A model generated the notes under the pieces. It saw nothing but the letters and a program-made list of their open reading frames with translations. It searched no databases and was not told the origin of the DNA. 26,509 nucleotides of DNA from Candidatus Eiseniibacteriota bacterium (GTDB lineage: Bacteria; Eisenbacteria; RBG-16-71-46), in NCBI GenBank assembly GCA_044222065.1, contig JBGAOA010000060.1, positions 1-26,509 of the forward strand, given 5' to 3'. A program made the translations under genes and the position numbers. Positions 9,064 through 16,255 of the stretch are shown here, piece after piece (the stretch's first letter is position 1; each line of letters starts with the position of its first letter).

Positions 9064-9972
9064 TCAGAAGCCTCCGTTCGCCGCGCGGGCGGCGAGCACG
9101 ACGACGAGCACGAGCGCGCCGACCCACACGTTGGTCTTGAAGAACGCCAGGTTCACGTCCTCGGCCCAGCGCTGCTCCAGGTAGAGCAGCGCGACCGCGC
9201 CGGCGTACGCCGCGAGCGCGAGCACGCCCCACGCGCTCGCGAGCGCCGCCGCCGAACCCAGCAGCCGCCACGCGGCCCACGCGAGCGCGAAGGCCGCGGC
9301 GAGGTGCAGCAGCCACGACACGCGCAGCGCCGCCTCGCGCCCGACGCGCACGACCATCGAGTGGACGCCGTTCGCGACGTCGGACGCCTCGTCGAGCGTC
9401 GCGTAGATGATGTCGAAGCCGCTCACCCAGCAGAGCGCGAACAGCGCGAGCGCGACCGCGGGCTCCCACGCCGCGAGGTCGGGGTGCGCCGCCGCGAAGC
9501 CCGCGAGCGGCGCGAGCGCGAGCGCCGCGCCGACGCCGAAGTGGCAGAGCGGCGTGAAGCGCTTGAGGTACGGATAGAGCGTGAACACCGCGAGCGGCAC
9601 GATCGCGACCTTCAGGAACCAGGGCCCGAGCGCCGCGCACGCCGCGACGTAGGCGGCGGCGCTCGCGAGCAGCAGCCCCCACGCCTCGGCGAGCTTCATC
9701 TTGCCGCTCGGCAGCTCGCGCACCCTCGTGCGCGGGTTCCGCGCGTCGAGTTCGCGGTCCACGATGCGGTTGATCGCCATCGCCGCCGTGCGCGCCCCGA
9801 CGGCGGCGACCGCGACGAGCGACCAGCGCGCGGCCGAGAGCGCCGGACCGGCGGCCGAGAACACGCCCGCGAGGATCAGCGGGAGCGAGAAGAGCGTGTG
9901 CTCGAAGCGCACGAACGAGGCATACGTGCGGAGCTTCGAGTCGGCTCGGGCGGGCAGCGCGTCGGTGGACAT
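9064..9972 (-). CDS. ubiA: UbiA-family prenyltransferase (MqnP-like)
   Basis: Motifs RFEHTLFSLP, ARTAAMAINRIVDRELDARNPRTRVRELPSG, YPYLKRFT and WVSGFDIIYATLD. Multiple TM helices. Confidence 0.93.
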   Translation of the reverse strand: MSTDALPARADSKLRTYASFVRFEHTLFSLPLILAGVFSAAGPALSAARWSLVAVAAVGARTAAMAINRIVDRELDARNPRTRVRELPSGKMKLAEAWGLLLASAAAYVAACAALGPWFLKVAIVPLAVFTLYPYLKRFTPLCHFGVGAALALAPLAGFAAAHPDLAAWEPAVALALFALCWVSGFDIIYATLDEASDVANGVHSMVVRVGREAALRVSWLLHLAAAFALAWAAWRLLGSAAALASAWGVLALAAYAGAVALLYLEQRWAEDVNLAFFKTNVWVGALVLVVVLAARAANGGF

Positions 9973-10074
9973 GATCGGAGGGCCCCGCGGTCGCGGGTGC
10001 GAGCGGCGGAGCCTAATCCACGGCGGGCGGAGCGGGAAGCGTCGTGCGGTCGCGGAGCGCCGACGACGGCGGCG

Positions 10075-11451
10075 TCAGGCCGCGCGCCGCTCCGCGTCCG
10101 GGCCCGAGTCCCGGCGCTCGCGCAGCAGCGCGTCCTGGAGCCGCGCGGCATCGAGCACCGCGAGCCCGTCGAGGCGCACCGGCACCGACACGACGCTCGC
10201 GCTCTCGTCCGCCCCGGCCGCGCGCACCGCCTCGGCCGGCACGCGTCCCGAGACCGTGAGCGGCGGTTCGCCGTCGCCGAGGTCGAGCCGCACCTCGACC
10301 GCCTCGTGCGCGTGCTGGCGGAGCCATTCGCGCCCCGCGCCGCCTTCGAGCAGCAAGTCCACGTGCTCGGCGTTGAGGTCGAGCGCGAGCCCCTCGAGCG
10401 CGCGCTCGGTCGTCGCGCCGTGAACGCGCGCCTCGCGGCTCGCGAAGTCGATCTCGACGTGCGTGGGCGATGGTGCGGGCACGGTCTCGGATGCCGGCGG
10501 CGCCGGCGCGCTCGCGGACGCGGGCGTCGGGACCGCAGCCGGCGGCGCGACCCCCGGGGCCGGAGCGGCGGCGGGCTCGGCCGGCTTCGGGCGCGACGAG
10601 CCCTTCGCCGCGTGCGCGGCCGGCGGCGCGACGTCCGGGGCCGGAGCGGCTGCGGGCTCGGACGGCTTCGAGCGCGACGAGCCCTTGGCCGCGTGCGCGG
10701 CCGGCTTCGATCGCGGCGCCGGCGCGGCGGGCGCCGGCGTCTCGGATTTCGGCGCTTCGGCGATCGCGGGGAGTTCCGGCGCGAACCCGAGGCAGGCGTC
10801 CGAGGATTCGCCGAAGCGCAGCAGCCCGCACGGCCGCTCCGGCGTCACGAGGACGCGCACGGGAACGTCGGCGAGTTCGCCCGACAGCAGCGGCTGACCT
10901 TCCTCGACTTCCCACGCGAACGGCGGCGAAGCGCCGGGAAGCGCGCACCGCGCGCGCCCGAACACGAGCACGCAGCGGTCGGCGCCCGCGAGGTCGCACG
11001 GTTCGAGCCCGAGCACTTCCATGCACGTGCCTTCGGAGACGTTCGAGAACGCGTCCGGCTCGAGCTGCAGCAGTCGCCCCGGCGTCACCCGCACGACCCC
11101 GGCGCGCTCGCCCGCGAGCCTCGGTGCGACGGACCGGAACCACTGGAGCATCGCGACGTAGCGGCGCGGATGGAGGCCGCGCTCGACCGACAGCACGTCG
11201 AGCTGGCGCTGCGCGGCGATCGCCCGGTAGAGGTCGCGCCGCCCGACCGCGCTCGACAGCAGCTTCTCGTACTGGAGCAACGCGAGCGAAGGGTTCTCGA
11301 CCTTCAGGTAGAGCGCCGCGAGCAGGAAGCGCAGCCCGTCGTGGTCGGGCTTCTGGTCCGCGAGCATGCGTGCGGTGACGAGGCAGTCGTGCCAGTCGGC
11401 ACGACGCCACGCGTCCGCGAGTGCGGACCACAGGCGAGGATTCTCGATCAC
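10075..11451 (-). CDS. Hypothetical multidomain protein: TPR-like N-terminus, Pro/Ala linker, degenerate PilZ-like C-terminus
   Basis: TPR-like helices (KPDHDGLRFLLAALYLKVENPSLALLQYEKLL). C-terminal beta-barrel pattern LEGLALDLNAEHVDLL...VEVRLDLGDGEPPLTVSGRV...VRLDGLAVLDAARLQDAL. Domain calls are by eye. Confidence 0.65.
   Translation of the reverse strand: MIENPRLWSALADAWRRADWHDCLVTARMLADQKPDHDGLRFLLAALYLKVENPSLALLQYEKLLSSAVGRRDLYRAIAAQRQLDVLSVERGLHPRRYVAMLQWFRSVAPRLAGERAGVVRVTPGRLLQLEPDAFSNVSEGTCMEVLGLEPCDLAGADRCVLVFGRARCALPGASPPFAWEVEEGQPLLSGELADVPVRVLVTPERPCGLLRFGESSDACLGFAPELPAIAEAPKSETPAPAAPAPRSKPAAHAAKGSSRSKPSEPAAAPAPDVAPPAAHAAKGSSRPKPAEPAAAPAPGVAPPAAVPTPASASAPAPPASETVPAPSPTHVEIDFASREARVHGATTERALEGLALDLNAEHVDLLLEGGAGREWLRQHAHEAVEVRLDLGDGEPPLTVSGRVPAEAVRAAGADESASVVSVPVRLDGLAVLDAARLQDALLRERRDSGPDAERRAA
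10538..10705 (-). repeat. Two ~81-bp tandem coding repeats (27 aa: PAAHAAKGSSRxKPxEPAAAPAPxVAP)
   Basis: GGCGGCGCGA recurs at 10541 and 10622 (period 81) and the downstream sequences are near-identical. Confidence 0.85.
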
Positions 11452-11558
11452 GCGTGAGTTCTCGAGTCGGACGAGGCGGACCCTCAGGGGTCCCGGCGCT
11501 CTCGTTATCGGCCCCGCGAAAGACGCCGTTGAGGACGAACCTGCTAACTTCCCCGCCC

Positions 11559-12230
11559 ATGCGCGCGCTTCGGAGCACTGGGTGGATCGGCGCGCTCGCG
11601 GCTCTCGTCGCGGCGATTTGCACGTTCGCCGACGTCGCGAGGGCCGGCGAGCCGCGAGCCGACGGCGGACTCACCCGCATCGCCGGATCGGTGCGCGCGG
11701 GCGACACGATCGAGCTGCGCTGGGGCGAACTGCCGGGCGATGCCGACGAACTCGAGATCCTGCTGTCGCTGGACGACGGCGAGCACTATCCGATCCGCGT
11801 GAGCCCCGAGCTCGAGGCCGAGGAAGGCGTGTGGCGCTGGCGCGTCCCGAACCTGCCTGCCGAGCGGGCCCGCCTCCGTCTGCGCGTCGGCAACGGGCGC
11901 GGACGTGAACGCTGGCTCGAGCCGGGCGAGGCGTTTCGCATCGTCGGAAGCCCCGGGCGCGCGGCGGAAGCGAGCGTCGTTCGCGAAGCGCCGTGGTGGC
12001 TCGGCGTCGAGGACGAAGCGCACGGCGAGACGCGCTCGATCTCGGACGCGCCGGGCGAGCAGATCTCGGCGCTGCGCGAGCGCCCCGCCGCCACGACGCC
12101 GACGTCGGCGGATGCCGCCCTCGACGCCGCGCCCTCGACGCGCCTCGAGCGCGCGAAGATCCGCCGCGCGATCGAGCGCGCGCGCCCCGTGTCGTTCACC
12201 GCCCCGCGCACGAGTCCGCTGCGCAACTGA
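11559..12230 (+). CDS. Secreted hypothetical protein with an Ig-like beta domain
   Basis: ATG 11559. Signal peptide MRALRSTGWIGALAALVAAICTFADVARA. Ig-like pattern AGDTIELRW...LEILLSLDDGEHYP...WRWRVPNLP...ARLRLRV. Confidence 0.7.
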   Translation: MRALRSTGWIGALAALVAAICTFADVARAGEPRADGGLTRIAGSVRAGDTIELRWGELPGDADELEILLSLDDGEHYPIRVSPELEAEEGVWRWRVPNLPAERARLRLRVGNGRGRERWLEPGEAFRIVGSPGRAAEASVVREAPWWLGVEDEAHGETRSISDAPGEQISALRERPAATTPTSADAALDAAPSTRLERAKIRRAIERARPVSFTAPRTSPLRN

Positions 12231-12314
12231 GTCCGCGCCGGTTCCGAGTCACGACCCGGCCCGCGCGCCTCGTCGCGTCGGGCCCGCGCCCGTCTTTCGA
12301 CCGGAAGGACTCCC

Positions 12315-14378
12315 ATGCTCTCTCTCGTCTCCGCGTTCCTCGTCGCCGCGATCACGGACACGACGATCGTCCCCATGAAGGAGATCGTCGTCACCGGGAC
12401 CCGCGTGCCCACTCAAGCGCTGCGCGTGGCCGCCGGCGTCTCGGCGGTCTCGCGCGCCGAGTTCCAGGACACGCGCGGCAACAGCCTCAAGGACGGCCTG
12501 CCTCTCACGCCGGGGGTGTTCGTCCAGACGCGCGGCGGCGCCTCCGACGTACGCGTCACGATCCGCGGATTCGGCGCGCGCGGCAGCGGCGAACGCTCGA
12601 ACTCGGGCAGCATGCGCGGCATTCGCATCATGACCGACGGCATTCCGGTGACCGAGCCCGACGGCCGCACGTCGCTCGACCTGCCCGACGTCGGCACGGC
12701 GGACCGCATCGAGGTCTCGCGCAGCAACGCGTCCACGCTCTACGGAAACGCCTCGGGCGGCGTCGTGCAGCTGCTGACGAGCTTCAACTTCGACCGTCCG
12801 TGGGCCGAGTGGCGCCAGCGCGCGGGTTCCTTCGGGTTCCACCGCGAGCAGTTCGTGAGCGGCATCACGATCGGGCGTTCGCGCGCGCAGCTCTCGCTCT
12901 CGAATTCCACCTACGGCGGCTGGCGGAGACACAGCGAGAACTTCTCGACCCAGGGCCAGCTTCGCATGCTCACGCCCGTCGGCGAGACCGCCTCGCTGCG
13001 GCTGCTCGTGGACGGCGTGAGCGACCTGATCCGCTTCCCCGGTGCGCTGACCGCGCCCGAGGTGGCGGCCGATCCCGAGCGGGCGGATTCGAACTTCGTG
13101 AAGCGCGATGAGCGTCGACGCAATCGCGTCGGCCGCGTCGGCCTCGCCTACACGCAGGCGCTCAGCGGCTCGCAGGACCTGTCGCTCACGGCATTCGCCG
13201 AACCGAAGGCGCTGCAGCGCTCCGAGCGCAGCCGCTACCGCGACTTCACGCGCTACCACGTCGGCGGCAGCGCGATCTGGTCGTACCACCGCACGTTCGC
13301 GAACGGCGCCAACGCGCGCTTCACGGCCGGCGGCGACGAGGCGTTCCAGGACGGCGCGATCCAGTTCTACAACCTCACCGCCTCGGGCGGACGCAGCACG
13401 ACGCTGCGCGCCGACAAGCGCGAGGCCGCGGGCAGCGGCGGCGTGTTCGGGCAGGTGGACGTGGACTGGAACGACCGCTGGACCACGAGCGTGGCGGCGC
13501 GCTACGACGCGATCCGCTACATCTCGGAGGATCATCAGAACCCGGCGCTCGACAACGACCGCACCTACCCGCGCACGACGCCGAAGGCGGCGATCGCGTA
13601 CCGAGCCGACGCGCACACGTTCTATGCGGCGCTCGGCGGCGGCGTCGAGGCGCCGGCCTTCAACGAGATCGACCCGCCGCCGCCGTTCGACGTGCTGACG
13701 TCGCTCAATCCGTTCCTGAAGCCCACGCATTCGGTGAGCTACGAGCTGGGCGCCAAGGGCCTCGCGCCCGCGCCCGCGGCACTCGGCACGATGACGTACG
13801 ACGCTTCGGTCTACTGGATCGACGTGACGAACGACCTCGTGCCGCTGTCGGGCGGGGCGTACTTCGAGACCGCCGGCAAGACACGCCGCCGCGGAATCGA
13901 ACTGGGCCTGCGCTGGTCGCCGCGCGCCTGGCTCGAGGGCGCGACGGCGGTGACGTTCTCGGACAACGAGTACGTGGAATACCGCTCCGACACGAGCGCC
14001 GTGAATCGCGGCGTCTACGACGGCAACGAGGTCGCGGGACTGCCGCGTTTCGTGGTCGACGCGAGCCTCGAAGCGCGGCACCCGAGCGGCGCGGGGCTCG
14101 CGCTCGGGCTGCGGTCGGTGGACCACTACTTCGCCGACGACGCGAACACGTTCCAGACGCTTCCCTTCACGATCTTCGATGCGACCGCGTCTCTGGACCG
14201 GACGCTCGGCCGGCAGCGCGTCCGAGTGTTCGTGCGCGGTGACAACCTGCTGGACAAGGACTACACGGAGTCGGTGTTCATCAATCCGGTCACGGCCTCG
14301 AACCCGGCGAACGTGCGCTGGCTCGAGCCCGGCCTGCCGCGCAGCTGGTCGGCGGGCGTGACGATTCGCTTCGAGTAG
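12315..14378 (+). CDS. TonB-dependent outer-membrane receptor
   Basis: TonB box EIVVTGTR. Plug motifs VTIRGFG, IMTDGIP and DRIEVSRSNASTLYGNASGGVV. Barrel C-terminus GDNLLDKDY...PGLPRSWSAGVTIRF. GAAGGA RBS. Confidence 0.95.
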   Translation: MLSLVSAFLVAAITDTTIVPMKEIVVTGTRVPTQALRVAAGVSAVSRAEFQDTRGNSLKDGLPLTPGVFVQTRGGASDVRVTIRGFGARGSGERSNSGSMRGIRIMTDGIPVTEPDGRTSLDLPDVGTADRIEVSRSNASTLYGNASGGVVQLLTSFNFDRPWAEWRQRAGSFGFHREQFVSGITIGRSRAQLSLSNSTYGGWRRHSENFSTQGQLRMLTPVGETASLRLLVDGVSDLIRFPGALTAPEVAADPERADSNFVKRDERRRNRVGRVGLAYTQALSGSQDLSLTAFAEPKALQRSERSRYRDFTRYHVGGSAIWSYHRTFANGANARFTAGGDEAFQDGAIQFYNLTASGGRSTTLRADKREAAGSGGVFGQVDVDWNDRWTTSVAARYDAIRYISEDHQNPALDNDRTYPRTTPKAAIAYRADAHTFYAALGGGVEAPAFNEIDPPPPFDVLTSLNPFLKPTHSVSYELGAKGLAPAPAALGTMTYDASVYWIDVTNDLVPLSGGAYFETAGKTRRRGIELGLRWSPRAWLEGATAVTFSDNEYVEYRSDTSAVNRGVYDGNEVAGLPRFVVDASLEARHPSGAGLALGLRSVDHYFADDANTFQTLPFTIFDATASLDRTLGRQRVRVFVRGDNLLDKDYTESVFINPVTASNPANVRWLEPGLPRSWSAGVTIRFE

Positions 14379-14396
14379 CTCCGTCCGGCGAATCGA

Positions 14397-14426
14397 CGAG
14401 GCGGGACCGACACCGGTCCCGCCTCG
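14397..14426 (+). terminator. 13-bp perfect hairpin after the TonB-dependent receptor gene, probable terminator
   Basis: CGAGGCGGGACCG-ACAC-CGGTCCCGCCTCG begins 18 nt after the stop codon. The U-tract is weak. Confidence 0.6.
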
Positions 14427-14833
14427 ATCCGTTTCGGAGTCGCGCTTCGCTTCGGGCGCGGGCCATTCCGCGACCGACAAGACGACGGAGGTGATTCCAC
14501 TTCGGCCAATCGGCCCCCGATTGCGATCAACCTCCGCGGCGCACCGTCCGCCGCTTGCCTGTCGTGGTCGAGGTCTCGCGACCTCGGCGACGTGCTTCTG
14601 CAACCGCGGGGCCACGCGTGGGACGGGGCGCGAATCACGTGCGAGCGCCTTGTCGCGAGCGGCGTTCGGCGGCAGCGCCCATTCGCGGCTCGACACGGCG
14701 CCTCGTCATACGACGTCGACGTCGTGTCCGACGCCGTCCGCGCGTTGACGGTCCCGATCGCGCGAAGGGTCTGCCGATCGCGACGCGATCGAGCGTCGAC
14801 GGTCCGGTCCCGGGCGCCCTCGAACATCCGCCC

Positions 14834-14862
14834 TTGACGGGTGCACGTGCGTGCACTATGGT
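14834..14862 (+). promoter_or_regulatory. Sigma70-type promoter of lexA
   Basis: TTGACG (14834-14839), a 17-bp spacer, then TATGGT (14857-14862). AAGGAGG RBS at 14903-14909. Confidence 0.8.
14841..14856. promoter_or_regulatory. Putative LexA operator (SOS box) GTGCAC-N4-GTGCAC
   Basis: The dyad GTGCAC-GTGC-GTGCAC fills the -35/-10 spacer of the lexA promoter. It fits the TGCNC-N4-GTGCA LexA box I recall for Fibrobacter succinogenes. Confidence 0.8.
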
Positions 14863-14917
14863 GCCCGCCCGTGCCAGGTTCCCCGACGGAACCTCAACCG
14901 CGAAGGAGGCGGTGCCC

Positions 14918-15523
14918 ATGAATGACCGAGCGCGCGAAATCCTGTCGTTCATTCAGCGCTCGTCGCGAGAGCGCGGATATCCGCCGACGATCCGCGAGAT
15001 CGGACGCGAGTTCTCGATCTCTTCGACCAACGGCGTCCGCTACTACCTGAACCTGCTCGAGAAGGCCGGCCACCTGAAGCGCAAGGGCAAGATCTCGCGC
15101 GGCATCGAAGGCGTGGGTGGCGGAGTCGCAACCGCGAAGCGCGGCATCCCGATCCTCGGCCGCGTCGCTGCCGGCCAGCCGATCCTCGCCGAAGAGTCGC
15201 TCGACGGCGCGCTCGAAATGGAAGAAGTCTTCGGCGACACCGGTTCGTTGTTCGCCTTGCGCGTCCGCGGCGACAGCATGATCGAGGCAGGCATCCACGA
15301 AGGCGACTACGTGATCGTGCGGCAGCAGGAGCGTGCGGAAGCGGGAGCGATGGTGGTCGCGCTCATCGAAGACGAAGCGACGGTGAAGTACTACCGGCCG
15401 CGCCGCGATCGAATCGAGCTCCATCCCGCCAACGCCAGATACCAGCCGATCGTGGTGGAACCTTCCTCAGCCTTCCGCATTCTCGGGACGGTGCGAGGAG
15501 TGATTCGAACCCTGACGCGCTAG
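14918..15523 (+). CDS. lexA: SOS repressor LexA
   Basis: wHTH GYPPTIREIGREFSISSTNGVRYYLNLLEKAG, Ala-Gly cleavage site in ILGRVAAGQP, catalytic Ser in VRGDSM and Lys in EATVKY. 201 aa. Confidence 0.97.
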   Translation: MNDRAREILSFIQRSSRERGYPPTIREIGREFSISSTNGVRYYLNLLEKAGHLKRKGKISRGIEGVGGGVATAKRGIPILGRVAAGQPILAEESLDGALEMEEVFGDTGSLFALRVRGDSMIEAGIHEGDYVIVRQQERAEAGAMVVALIEDEATVKYYRPRRDRIELHPANARYQPIVVEPSSAFRILGTVRGVIRTLTR

Positions 15524-15544
15524 CTCGTCGTCCAATAGGTCGGG

Positions 15545-15579
15545 CTTTGATCACCGGGACTCGTTCCCGGTTTTCAAAG
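15545..15579. other. Imperfect hairpin between lexA and the TnpA-like gene (lexA terminator, or IS200/IS605-type subterminal hairpin)
   Basis: CTTTGA-TC-ACCGGGA-[CTCGT]-TCCCGGT-TT-TCAAAG: a 6+7 bp stem with a 2x2 internal loop. Confidence 0.65.
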
Positions 15580-15587
15580 GCCGCGAG

Positions 15588-15603
15588 TTGCACAAACGTT
15601 CAA
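15588..15603. promoter_or_regulatory. Second putative SOS box TTGCAC-AAAC-GTTCAA upstream of the TnpA-like gene
   Basis: One mismatch to TGCAC-N4-GTGCA, with symmetric outer T/A. It lies 10 bp upstream of the AGGAGG RBS (15614-15619). Confidence 0.65.
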
Positions 15604-15625
15604 CCGTCCCCGCAGGAGGTTCGCC

Positions 15626-16084
15626 GTGGAAGACCATTTGGCTCCCGAAGTGAAAGAAGCGCTCAACGGTCGTTGGGAGCCCGTCTACCGCAGCCAGCTC
15701 CACTACCTCGTCACGTGGAGCACGCGCGGACGCCGGCCCGTGCTGCGGCAGAAGCACATGAACACGCTGCACGCGCTGATCGAGCGCTGCTGCGAAGAGC
15801 GTGGCTTCTCGCTGCTCGAGGTCGCCTCGGGCTCGGATCACGTTCACGTGCTGCTCGCGCTCAGCCCTACGCAGAGCGTCGCGAGCGTCGTGCGCGAGCT
15901 GAAGGGCCGGACGGGGATGTCGCTCATGCAGGACCACCCCGAGCTTCGCGTCTGGCTGCGCGGCAATCTCGTGTGGGACGAGCGCTACGCGGTCGAAACC
16001 GTGAGCGCGATGCGGCTCGAACACGTCCGCCATCGGCTCCAGGCGATTCACGGCCCCGCGGAGGACTTCGCGATCGCGAGCTGA
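15626..16084 (+). CDS. IS200/IS605 TnpA (Y1 HUH) homologue that lacks the catalytic tyrosine
   Basis: LHYLVTWSTRGRRPVL, HUH motif DHVH (71-74), SVASVVRELKGRT and VWDERYAVETVS are all Y1_Tnp-like. The C-terminal helix reads LEHVRHRLQAIH where YIxxQ is expected. Strong AGGAGG RBS with a GTG start. Confidence 0.88.
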   Translation: MEDHLAPEVKEALNGRWEPVYRSQLHYLVTWSTRGRRPVLRQKHMNTLHALIERCCEERGFSLLEVASGSDHVHVLLALSPTQSVASVVRELKGRTGMSLMQDHPELRVWLRGNLVWDERYAVETVSAMRLEHVRHRLQAIHGPAEDFAIAS

Positions 16085-16255
16085 GTGCGCGAGCGGACCG
16101 TGTCCGAGCGGCGTGCACGCGGCTCGGGCGCGGCCCGGCCTGCGGACGACGGCCTGTGCAACGCGGCGAGGCAGCGCGGATCGAGCGGCCGCCGCCGGCG
16201 ATCCCGCGGTGAAGAGCGGCCGCGGGGACGCATCGCCTGGGTCTTCGAGCCGAGC

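Noticed and set aside
12231..12314. Cobalamin riboswitch or Fur box ahead of the TonB-dependent receptor
   Set aside because: The gap is only 84 bp and GC-rich, and neither consensus is visible.
14491..14837. Small ORFs 14491..14748 and 14592..14837
   Set aside because: They have no recognisable motif, no properly spaced RBS and only patchy codon bias, so they are not supportable as genes.
14555..14917. N-terminal extension of LexA in the ORF track
   Set aside because: The promoter, SOS box and AAGGAGG RBS lie inside it, so the real start is ATG 14918.
15545..16237. Active IS200/IS605 insertion sequence
   Set aside because: There is no catalytic Tyr/Gln, no tnpB, and no pair of related end hairpins. 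Codon usage is host-like.
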